The notes below the pieces were generated by a model, which saw only the letters and a program-made list of their open reading frames with translations, made no database searches and was not told the DNA's origin. A stretch of DNA of 63,950 nucleotides, filler included, from Bipalium vagum (lineage: Eukaryota): NCBI GenBank assembly GCA_037834085.1. It is 3 parts of 3 records of this genome, joined end to end, with 100 filler letters (N's around TTAATTAATTAA, not from the genome) between each part and the next. Parts side by side here need not be neighbours in the genome. Positions count along the whole stretch, not along the records: positions 47,342 to 63,950 come from JBBMKC010103171.1; 2 more parts are not named here. One strand, 5' to 3'. Of this stretch, positions 52,743-63,950 are shown piece after piece. The translations under genes were made by a program, and so were the position numbers. Numbering within the stretch: position 1 is the stretch's first letter; every line of letters begins with the position of its first letter.

Positions 52743-55159
52743 GATAAAATTATTGTGAAATTTAATTGGAAGCCTTAGATTGATAAAAAGTATTTTAATT
52801 TTATCAGCAATGAATTTAAAATAAAAATTTTATCAATAAATAATTAGGTAACGCTAAACAGAAAATTTTTGTGCTCAAAAAAATTAATACAATTTAATAA
52901 CTAACTTGAGCCATAACTGTTTTTAATATAAACATAAATGAAATAAAATTTTGAAAATATAATTAACATGTGCATATTTGTCATTTGTTACACATCTCTA
53001 TATGTTCCCTGGACCGAAGTTCCAAGGTTTTATTATTGATTATTCTTGACTAGACATTTTGACCGTCAATTTCCCTAAACCTCTTTGGATGGCCATTATT
53101 AACTTTGAAATATAGTTAAATAAGTTAGTACAGTTCAGTAACTTTACATCGATCATCTCACAAGAAAAAATTTTTTTTAAGGTTTGAAAGAAAATAATAT
53201 TAATATTAATCATAAAAATAAAAAATAATTAAAATAAAATATAAAAAAAATTTATTAAATTTGTTATGTATAAAATATACTAAGTTGTCCCTTTATGTTC
53301 GCTGATATTTCCTCCTGAAGATAAATATTTTATCATTATAAAAATAAGTTTCNNNNNNNNNNNNNNNNNNNNNNNNNNNNNNNNNNNNNNNNNNNNNNNN
53401 NNNNNNNNNNNNNNNNNNNNNNNNNNNNNNNNNNNNNNNNNNNNNNNNNNNNNNNNNNNNNNNNNNNNNNNNNNNNNNNNNNNNNNNNNNNNNNNNNNNN
53501 NNNNNNNNNNNNNNNNNNNNNNNNNNNNACGTTCAAGTTTGATTGTCATTCAAAGATATCAACAATTCTGATCCAACATGACTGTCCGAAGTAGATAAAG
53601 ATACCATTATTGTCGGAATATCTAATACCCCAGAGGAGCTGTGCTCGTCATCGTTCACCAAAGTTAATTTTAGCGTTTATAACGATTTTCCGGCTACTCA
53701 AAAATTGTATTTTGACCTTCTAACAATAAAACGTATATGCTACCTCCTACCAAATTTTTTTAATGTATTTTAATATCAAAAAGTATACGACATTAATCCT
53801 TTCACTCCAAGTAACACGTATCCCTTTATTTAGAAAGAATTTACTTTATTATTATCATGTTTATGTAGGTCAAAGATTTTAGTTTCGCTAAAATTAACCA
53901 AATGACTTAGTGAACAGTTAATATAATACAGGACATACTGAGGTGCAAAGATATCTCATGTCTCAATAAGCAAGTGGTTTTAAAGTTAAACACTATCTAA
54001 CAAATTCCTTAGCATTTGTTTCATTAAATCATGTAGTTATATAATTAATCGCAATGCAAATTTTATTATAAACGGTCTGTGGCATTATTAATTAAAATTG
54101 AACAAAATTATTTAAATTCCTTCGTTGTCACCTTTTTCAATTAAATTTTAATCATTAATGCAAATTCGGCTTCATTGTTAAAATTGAACCAAATTCCAAA
54201 ATTAAAGTAATTGTAATAAAAATAAAAACTGTCATTAAAAGATAATAATAACAATGATAATAAATAAAATGATAAATAATAAAAAATAATCATAATAAAT
54301 AATAATAGTAAATAATATTATTATTCTTATTAATAATAAATGTATTGTGCAATGTAATTTTGTTAATGTTAATTTTTTTATAATCAAATAATATTTGTAA
54401 TATTTGTTAAATTCAAGAAAAATTATGTTACAAACTAATATTATTATAATATAGTTAATTTTAAAATTAAAATAAAAATCTAAGTTACGTAACCATAACA
54501 ATAGAATTTTAAACAAAATATAAATTATCTCATTTTCATTATTATATGCACTTGTATTTGTTTTTTGTTGTTTATTTTTTCTTTGTTAAATTAATTTCTT
54601 ACAATCCTTTTAAAGAATTTTTTCTATTTTTGATATTATTATGAATTCCTGTTTAGGATTCTGTTATAAATAATTTGAAGTCAACTAAATTTTAGCACTT
54701 CTTTTTGTCAATAAATATTTATTTAGCATTATCAATTCTTCTTGTCAACGTTAATTTTTACATGTTAAAAATTAGCCTGTCATAAAATTGTAAAGATTCA
54801 AACATTTGTTAAATTTTTTTGATTAGAATAATGTTATGCTGTTCCATTATTTCATTTTTACATTTTTACTTAGTTATATTAATACATAATTTTAGATTAT
54901 GCTTTTCAACTTGGGTTTTCAGTCATTAAAAGTATTTCTTCAAAATATTTTCATAAACATTCAGTTTTATTTAAAAATCTACTTAACATTTTAAAATAAA
55001 ATATTCAGAATTATCATTTCCAGGTTTTGAACTGATAAATATTTCTTCGAATGAAATTCCGTATATCCAGTCAAAACCATCTATACTGAATTTGTTTTAG
55101 TTTTTAATTGAAATAAATTTAAGATTTATGTTTTTTATATTATGAATTTTAGATATAGA

Positions 55160-55810
55160 TAGAAATTTTAGGGTTTAATCGATGATTGCGGTACATTTTT
55201 ATTGGAAAAAAATGATGAATTTTCTAAATCAATTAATAAATAAATTTATTATGAAATTATTAAAATAAGATTATATTGATTACAACAATTTATTTTTTTC
55301 GAAAACAGTTTTTCTTCAACCAGCATTAAAATATATTTATAAGATTGTTATAATTATGGTTTCTCAAAAGAAGAAGTTTTTCAATTATTTAGAAATAAAA
55401 TATAAATTTGACGAGGAAAACTATGAATATAAAGAAAGACAAATAAAAGTAACTATCTGATAAAGTTAAAGAAACTTAACCTCCATATAAATTAAACAAG
55501 CTAGAATTTATTTAATTATTTTTGATGATGTAAAAAATCAACATATAACGGAAATGTATTTCACAAGAGGAAGACAATAAATGTTCCTTTATTTATTTAT
55601 CAAAATCATTCTTTGATTTACCTTTAAGTGGTATAAGAAATAATACAAATATTTTAATGTTATTTAAACTATCAAAATCAGATAGAGATCAAATATATTC
55701 TAAAATCTTAGCAAGTTTTGTGGAAAAAGTATTATTTTGATTATTTCTACAATTTACATATGAGAGAAAAATATAAATATTTTTTTATTAATTCAGAAGA
55801 AAGGATTCTG
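55160..55810 (+). pseudogene. Polinton/Maverick-like DNA-packaging ATPase (A32/FtsK-HerA type), decayed
   Basis: Fragments in order: NFRGLI, DYIDYNNL..SKTVF.QP, GFSKEEVF, LIIFDD (Walker B), MYFTRGRQ (arginine-finger region), CSFIYLSKSFFDLPLSGIRNNTNILMLFKLSKSD. Walker A eroded; stops and frameshifts. Confidence 0.82.
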
Positions 55811-55902
55811 AGGGTGCGAGTACAATTATATCATCGCCATTCTGTGAGTTCATGTCCGATTTGAGCAAATCTTAAGAGAAGCTTTTCTCAAAACGATTAA
55901 AA

Positions 55903-56880
55903 ATGTCTAAATTAAATTTAGATAAAACTTACTATCATCAATATTTAACAACTACAAATGTGACTATTTAGAAAATTTTTAAAATCCTAATACTGCAACA
56001 AGTATAAGTAATAATGTAATATCTAACTTTTTCTTTATGACAATCAGCAAATATTTAGGATTTATCAGAAGCTATTATAGTTTTTTAAAATTCAAATTCA
56101 AGATGTAAAAGCTGAGGAAAATATATAGTTGCAAAATAATTGCTTGCCATACTTATTTACTAATACTACTTTAAAATTAGGTTCAAATGAAATAGAAACA
56201 ATAAAATTTAGGTTAGGAGAATTAACATTTACAAGAAGATGTGATATTGAAAAAGAAATATTTTATGGGCCCAAAGGAGACGCTAAAATAAAATTACTTG
56301 ACTTGAAATTATTTATTCCAGAATTACAATTAAATTCTTCATTAGAATTAAATATTTTTTCAAGAATAGATCATGGAACATATATAAATATAAATTTTTA
56401 ATATTGATATGTGAAGAAGGAAATTTAACATAAGGAACTACCCAAACATTACAATTTTAAAATGTATTAAATAAAAAAATTTATATTTTTATGATTTTTA
56501 AAGAATCAGAATTTAATTTTAATAAAAATAATAATTTGTTTATTTAAGATAAAATTAAATCTTTAAGAATACATGGTGAATATTTTTTAATATCCATTAA
56601 ATTCTAATCAATGTCGAAAATGGAAAAAAATGAAGTTATTCTTATTATGTAAAAGCGTGTAAATATTTAAAAACTTTTATTCACTAAGTTTATTTGAATT
56701 TCAAAATTTATAATCTATATTTTGTTTTGATTTAAAAGATCAAACATGAAATTTATTGTTAAATGGGCAGTTGTAACGTTACATATTGTAAAAGATTCAG
56801 ATTTTAAAGGAAAAATAAATGTTTTTTTAATGAATCTATTTATGGAAATACAAATAATAGGAGGAAAAATGTTTAAGACT
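55903..56880 (+). pseudogene. Double-jelly-roll major capsid protein-like gene of a Polinton-like virus, decayed
   Basis: MSKLNLDKTYYHQY.., LQNNCLPYLFTNTTLKLGSNEIE, KIKLLDLKLFIPELQLNSSLE, YIFMIFK..NNNLF..KIKSLRI, SIFCFDLKDQ follow the motif order I recall for invertebrate Polinton-type DJR capsids. Adjacent to the ATPase, same strand. Confidence 0.68.
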
Positions 56881-58809
56881 TAAACAAAAGTTAGGCGAAA
56901 CCTCTGAATGAAGTTGTCAAGATTTTTACAAAACGAAGTTGAGTCTCTTGATATGAAGTTGGTGTAGCCTTCCGATACGAAGTCAAAGTTGAACTTGAAA
57001 TAAATATCTAAAATATACAAACTTAGCAGCAAATTTGGTTTATTCGATATTCGATATTGAAAAAATCGAAACAAAATTTATTGGTTTGTGTGTTGGTCGG
57101 AAGTAGCAGATTCTTCACTACTGACCTTCAACATTTATTTAATTAAAAGGACTAGAAGTTATAAGAATTTCAAATAAGGTAATCAAATTTTCTTTTCATC
57201 GAAAAATGTGCCTTTGTTTTCAATACGGCTTTAACGATTCTCGACATTCTCTTTATAAGATATTTAAATTTAGATGAATCTAAGTTATTCCATTCACATT
57301 CCAATATACCACAGAGGTGTTCTGAGAACGTCAATTTTTAGAAATCCGAAATCGTATCCGCGCTAAATCTACCATTGTCATTTTGGGGACCTTATTTAGT
57401 CATAAATATGCAATAAATAGCATCTTGGAGAATTAGGACTTGTGTGCATCAAAAATAGAATTTTTTCGTATGGATATAGATGTCTTTCTACATTTTGCTG
57501 AGGTATATCTAGAAAGACTTTGATTAATTTATAACTTTAAAGTTTTGTTTCAAAATGTGCAATTTTTTCATAGAATAAAAATACTTCGCATTTTTGATCA
57601 TCAAAAAAGTTTTTTTCAATTTACGCAAAAATCGAATCATCTGAATATTTTATATGTATATGTATATGACTATCTAACTTTTTTTTAAAATTTGCTAGTA
57701 TTTAATATATTAAATGAAAAAGTGATTATTTTAATGATTTTAAACAAAAAATATATGCCAGTCATACGGAATTTCTTCAATTTAAACAAACCGTTAGAGT
57801 TAAAATGATTTCTATTTTATTTCAAGAAAGAATAACATTAATTTAAAAGAAATGTGATCATTTTTCAATATATTTTTATTTATATTGTGATATTTTAAAG
57901 AACTGGTAATTAAAAAAGAACACATTTTATTTTTTAGAATTATTAAATCAAAATAATTTAGGTAATTTTTAATTAATAAATAATTTTTTAATTTATCACA
58001 TTTGATCAAAATTTATTTAAAATAAATAAAAAATTCCTTCCGTTGGATATTTTGTTGATCAAAGCAGAACACTTTGGAGATATACTTTACTGGCTGGTTT
58101 CCGAGCTATTTGTTTGAAGGAATTTTATATATCCTTTAACTTTGAGATATTTTTAGGATTCTTTCCCGGGTATTTTTTCTAATTCCGGTTCTGTATTATA
58201 TTAGCTTTGTATTAATGTGCTCTTCAATAAATTGAGTAGCAAAACAAAGACAATAATCCATTAGCCTCGACAAGAGACATTTTCGGCGTAGAGACCAATC
58301 TCTACGACTATAAAGGAGACGGCTATTCCCGTTAGCAGCAGAGCCTCCATAATTTAACAAAACAAGAGAAAAGGGTTATTTGCGACGAAAATTACTCGAA
58401 GAAGATTTTTAACCTCAACGCTATCCAGATTACTTCCGAAGAAGACGAGAGCCGGGTACCGGCCGAGGATGATCTTGGTAATTTTCTATGCAGAGAGATT
58501 GTTTTTTTTATGATGCAGTCGAATTTTTACAAGGAGACCCAGCGAGCTTAAGAACCCCTAGGTGACTTGAGAAGGGCGTAGAGAGTGACCAGAGTACCCC
58601 TCGTCGCTCTTGGTGAGACCGATTCATTAATTTTTGTTTCATTCTCGATTTTTATTTGTAAATTATTATTATCAATTATTTATTCGATTTTAGCATTAAC
58701 GTAATCGTTGAATTTAATTTATTTTACTCTTGATAAAGTTTCGATTTGGATTTAACGATTTAGAAATTGTAATTGTTGTGGTAAAGCAAATAAAGTTTTG
58801 AATTTTGAA

Positions 58810-58814
<5 letters not shown>

Positions 58815-58854
<40 letters not shown>

Positions 58855-58856
58855 AT

Positions 58857-58885
<29 letters not shown>
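58815..58885. repeat. (TAT)n microsatellite, interrupted
   Basis: Read directly; source of the poly-Leu ORF. Confidence 0.93.
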
Positions 58886-58891
<6 letters not shown>

Positions 58892-59296
58892 TTGAAAAAG
58901 TTCTTACGGATGCGGATACAGTATAGTGGTGGGTGTTTTAAATTCGAAAATATTGCAAGGAGTTACGAACACAACGATTTAGAAAAGTGAGGAGCACACA
59001 AGCACACGTTACTGTCTAGTTAAAATAGTAACAAAAGAAAATTTCGTTTAATAACCCAGTAAACTGTTATGTATTTATTCATTTAATGGAGTCGAAGAAT
59101 CAAAAGATAATATAAATTTAATCTATAAATTTTAATCTCAAAAGGAAAACATATTAAGATCAAATAAAAGTTACGTTTATTCAACTAAATTAAATCAATA
59201 TATAGAAGAAAACAAACAAGCAGAATCAGTTTATAATTTTAAAAATGTTAAATCAATTAGAATCGATTTATTTTAAAAAATTTAGTAGGATTATTG

Positions 59297-59854
59297 CTAG
59301 GTCGTTCGAAAAGTCCCTGGCCCGAACATGAAAAAACACTAATAGTAAAAAATTGCAAACATAAATGAAAAGTGCATTTTTTTTAAACTTCGAAATTCTA
59401 AATTTTAATTCAATTCATCAATTTGTTTAAATTACCCACTAATATTAAAATTAAATACTCGATTTTGACTTTTTAGATGGAAAACGGTGAATTCCGCACA
59501 TTAATTAAAGATTATTTTTATTAAAGAAAACACTAAAAGCAGCACAAGAAAAACTGGATAAATATTATGTTAATTCGGGTCCTTGGTAATAAACGTAAAA
59601 AAATTGAATCGCTGACTTTAAACGCGGTATTCCAATTGAGATAGTTATGCTTGAGAACATTTAAAAAATCCATGAGCATATATGAATGATTGAAAAATCA
59701 AAACATGCAAGTTATCTAACTTTGCAAAAATTTCAGTCATTTTGTTACGAAAATGATTCATGATGAATTGGAAATGAAGAAAATTAAAAATTATCAGATT
59801 GAGCAAAGTGCCTATATCATTATAAAAAAATATGTGGTTGTTAAAACACAAAAC
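59297..59854 (+). mobile_element. Mariner 5' remnant, irritans (Himar1-like) subfamily
   Basis: From ATG 59477: MENGEFRTLIKDYF..AQEKLDKYYVNSGP resembles Himar1 MEKKEFRVLIKY... TIR-like GGTCGTTCGAAAAGTCC. Truncated by an LTR copy. Confidence 0.7.
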
Positions 59855-60372
59855 TGTTCACTATTTAGTGTATCAAACTTTAAACCTGACTCCAACTCTT
59901 AGGTGGTCCAAAAATAGCAACAATCAGTAAAGCAATAACTTGTATTTATATTCACATTAAATCACACTGATAACAATTTCACAAAGTGTCAAACTCAACA
60001 AAAAGGGGGTCACAATAATATGTAAAATGTCTGAAATTGTCTTAGGTTATCAATCACACACAAAAAGTTCAATAAAACCGAGTCAATTAATTAAAACAAA
60101 ATAAATATTTAAAGTTAATAAAAATCAATTATCAAACTTGAATAGTAATTAATATCAAATAATATTACAAAAATAATTAAGATAAAAAAAATAAAACAAG
60201 CTTATGGGTTAGTTTCGTTCAAATTTCCTGGACTATCAGCTGAGCCTTTACAGTTGCTCAGAGATGGTGGGGAACTTAAACACAGACTTAGGCAAATGGA
60301 GTACATAATTACTTGTAGATTAATTTCAATGATAATGAACTATTCGTTAATACCAATACAGTCTTCTTCAAT
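59855..60372. mobile_element. Partial inverted copy of the LTR at 24164-25105
   Basis: TGTTCACTA..TAAACCTGACTCCAACTCTTAGG..AGCTGAGCCTTTACAGTTGCTCAGA..ACAGTCTTCTTCAAT is the reverse complement of ~24565-25105. Confidence 0.85.
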
Positions 60373-61723
60373 TATTATTATTCTTATTATTTTTTGAAAA
60401 ATTCCACAATTTTTATTCGTGAAGCGTGGGTGCTTTTGATAAACCAAATAACATTAAGATCAGCCTTTAACCATATTTGTCTGAGGTTTCTTGATAGCCA
60501 TGGATATTCGTATTGTTTTATTTTGATAATATTGAGAAATATAATTAACCATTTACTTTTTAAACTATTTATTGTTTAAAATTGTTTTTTCTGAAATATC
60601 TATCTTTTAAGAAGTAGTCTAACTGAAATGGAAGTCAGTTAGAGATGAATAATGAGTATCATAGATGCCGCAGGATTTATTAACAAGACTTGTTCTATTT
60701 TTGTGGTGTCAGTTTTGAATATGCAGTCGAGTGTTATTGTGAAACAAAATCAGTTCGCTGATTAGATTCTCAGTTTAAACTCAATATAATATAATGTAAT
60801 CAATTATTTTCAGTGTTACTCTAACACTTTCATAATGACGTCTTAAATTAAATAATGATTACTAAAAATCAATTAATAAAAAATGGTTTTAGTAAAATTG
60901 ATTTTTAAAATGTGTTTACAATTATCTGCACTCATCTATCACAATGTCTTATATAAATGTTTAAATGTGTAAATAATTAAAACATTTTACAGTTATTATT
61001 GTTTTAATTAATTAAAAATTTATGACTTTTAAAGGGATTAGATTTAATGGTAACTTTATATAAAAGAGAAATAATTTTAGAATGTAACTTAAATTTTTCA
61101 GGTTTATAAAGAAATAGTTAAACATGTGATTTTGCGAACTGAATTTTGAACAGGAGATTAGTTTTCGAATAGAAGAATGCTTAGACTTCATCTTTTAAAA
61201 CCGGGATGTTGACTACTACGCGATGATGATAGAAAAAAGACTGTATAACTTTGAAATTAACAGTTAAACAAGGAAAACGTTTGAAGAAGAACATCATAGA
61301 CGAGAAGCGATGATGTTGTAAAAACAACATCTCTTCCAACTGAAAAGAAAAATGAAGTACTTGGATAACCACTGTTGACCATTTATTCTGCAGGTGAGCT
61401 CCTCTATTTCCATCATTGTAATCATCTCTGGTTTACTGATTCAATACCATCAATTCAGGGTCATCGGAATCGTGTTTATAAATAAAGAATTTTTGAAATT
61501 TTATTTATTAAATAAATTTTTTTAAGAACATATTGATTTCTTCATATAAATCAATAAATCATAATTATTTTTAAATTTTTAATTATCAAATTTCAAAAAT
61601 TTTAGAAATTAAGGAAAATTTTGAAGTAACTATGTTGTTTTTTATTGCAAAATTTTAAATTAAAAATTATTTGATTATTTGAATTAAATTACTCATTAAT
61701 CAATAACTTATCGAAATATTTGT

Positions 61724-61758
61724 AATAAACAATATTTGTTTAAACTAATCAATAAATT
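61724..61758 (+). promoter_or_regulatory. Conserved 35-bp upstream element of SLC5 paralogue 2
   Basis: Identical to the reverse complement of 52708-52742; 67 nt before the ATG. Confidence 0.65.
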
Positions 61759-61825
61759 GTTTCTACAGAATTCACAAACTTTGTTAAAAATCTCTTTATT
61801 TTCGAAGTAATTTTAATATTTCACT

Positions 61826-63114
61826 ATGACTGTGTTCCACTGGTCAGATTATTTCATTTTTGCAATTTTGCTTCTTTTTTATGCTTTGATTGGTATCATA
61901 CTTAAATTCAAATATGATAATCGTGCAAAAAGAAATATTGCTGAATACGTCCTTGCTGATCGAACAATGACACTTATTCCAGTGACGGCTTCAATTTTGG
62001 TTACCTTTTTGTCAGCTATTGGTATTATGGGTGTAGTAGCAGAGGTTTATGTTTCTGGAATTGAATTTCTAATAGCGTGTCTTTCGTATTTTATTGCAAT
62101 ACCGTTGGCAGCTTTTATTTACCTTCCAACATTTTACAGGTTGAATATTATCAGCATCCATGAAGTAAAAGAACCTTTTTTACTTTTTGACCTCAATGCA
62201 AGTAGTATTTAGAATTAAGATTTTCAAGGCCTATTAGACTGATAATATCCATTGTTTATGTGATCCAGCTGGTAAACATATACTAAGTTATAATGAGATT
62301 TATTTTTCATGCAGATATTTTATATATCGGTTGTTTTGTACGCTCCAGCCCTGGCTTTCAGCCAAGGTGAGATTTCTTTGGTATTTTAATATACATAAAA
62401 TTAAATGCACAGTTTCGGGCTTCAGGTTGTGGGTCAGTATATTGTCAACTGGAGTTGTATGTACTGTTTACACAGCACTGGTAAGACGTATTTATTATGT
62501 ATTACTTTGACTTATCGTTAAATATGAAAAAATGACTCGATACACCACTTTCAATATTATTTAGGTTTTTAATCTCTGTATAATTGACAAGTTTTTCCGC
62601 TAAGGAGCGTAAAATGTTTCCATTTCTATACTTAAAATAATTAATGGATCTTTAATAAATATATTTGGCATTATATATGATACTATATGAGTAAACCATA
62701 AACAAATAAAATCACGAAATAATATAATAATAATTGGAGCTGAAAACAAATTTTCTTGACTTTATTCAAAGGGAGGCATGCGTGCGGTGATTTGGACAGA
62801 CCTGATGCAGTTTTTCATTATAATAACTGGAATCTTGACTGTTGTGATTGTTGGCTCGAATAAAATTGGTGGGATCAATGTCGTTTGGAAAATTGCTAAG
62901 GAAACTAATCACATAAGATTATTTAAGTGATTCTCATTGAATATTACTTATTTAATTGATTTGTTTCTTTTAGTTTTGACTTCAATCCTTTTATTCGCCA
63001 TTCGTTTTGGTCACTTTTAATTGGTGCTACAGGCTTTCATTTAAGCGTATTCGGAACAAGTCAAGTTCAGGTGCAAAGATACCTTTCGTGTCGCACACAA
63101 AAAATCGCTGTGAA
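61826..63114 (+). CDS. SLC5 sodium:solute symporter (SMVT/SMCT/NIS subfamily), paralogue 2, presumably continuing beyond the window
   Basis: Exons 61826-62164, 62206-62271, 62315-62366, 62413-62480, 62772-62926, 62974-63114. Lengths (339, 66, 52, 68, 155, 141) and phases equal those of paralogue 1. Confidence 0.93.
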
Positions 63115-63861
63115 GTATTCTCAATATTATTAATAGTTATAAAAATATTGAAATTACACTAGTGTAAATTGGAAATCGTTACATCTTTGAATCTCTAAAA
63201 ACATAATAATTAATACCACTCATAGACTATCAAGTGAATATTATTGTTTTAATCGGAGGCATCATTCTCTTTGCAACTTTTCTCGGGTAGAATCTTTCTC
63301 TATCGCTAACGGAATAGATTGTTATCAAAATATATCAATTTCTTATAAAAAGCAATGTTATTTTTAATCAGAGCCTCATTTCTCGTACTGAGCAAAAAAG
63401 AAAGACAAATGGATAAACCATTTTTCTTAGAAAACCATCGAAAAACAACTTTATTTTATAGAAAATTTCTTTTAATAACATTTTAACATCTTATTAACAA
63501 CTAAAATAGTGATTACAAAACACAGAAGCAGTTAATTCCTTCTTTTATCCATGTATTTTCATAAGTTTAGATGATTTTTGACCACACACATGGTACTCTG
63601 TTCAGCAGTTTATTCAATGTAATCGATTCGATTTTTATCCAGGCTTCCTATAATTGATCTCACAATTGAGATTCTAATGTTCGTCATTTCAATCTGGCTT
63701 TTCCATCAAGCTTATCCCATACTTTCTCTGTTGAGTTAAGATAAAGAGAAATAGTTGATCACTTTGTGGAGACTACGACCAAACCCTCTTGCAAAAACTG
63801 CAAAAACTTCGACAATATCAAAATCAAGCGGATCTGCGGATATTCAATAAACAAAAACTTT

Positions 63862-63908
63862 TGATCATTGTGTGCATGAATAACTTTGTGATCATTGTGT
63901 GCATGAAT
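63862..63908. repeat. Short direct duplication, period 27 bp
   Basis: TGATCATTGTGTGCATGAAT at 63862 and 63889. Confidence 0.85.
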
Positions 63909-63950
63909 TCGAAACTTTATTATTGATCAGAAAATGTGCATGTGTATTAA

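Overview
Very AT-rich eukaryotic DNA, probably an invertebrate animal (motile-cilium gene; intron positions matching vertebrate orthologues). It is a draft scaffold with five N gaps, two of them artificial 100-bp spacers (44N-TTAATTAATTAA-44N). Host genes reconstructed by hand from GT-AG exons: three kinase-domain exons of a cGMP-dependent protein kinase (+); an AK5-type adenylate kinase (-, 6 exons, 3' end missing); a divergent protein with one clear and possibly two bHLH domains (-); an intronless axonemal dynein light intermediate chain DNALI1/p28 (-); and two divergently oriented SLC5 (SMVT/SMCT/NIS-type) sodium:solute symporter paralogues. One orphan ORF is also present. Most introns are 41-53 nt; the long ones are filled with dead transposons (many mariner and maT/Tc1-like copies, pogo/Tigger, a hAT deletion derivative, a LINE RT, solo LTRs). 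Best leads: (1) a decayed Polinton/Maverick-like virus cassette (packaging ATPase plus double-jelly-roll capsid gene) between the SLC5 paralogues; (2) a 35-bp element identical upstream of both otherwise diverged SLC5 genes; (3) a possible tandem-bHLH factor; (4) a PKG exon with an apparent 2-nt frameshift that a downstream acceptor could bypass. I cannot show a wholly new biological system here. All family assignments come from motif recognition by eye, not database searches.
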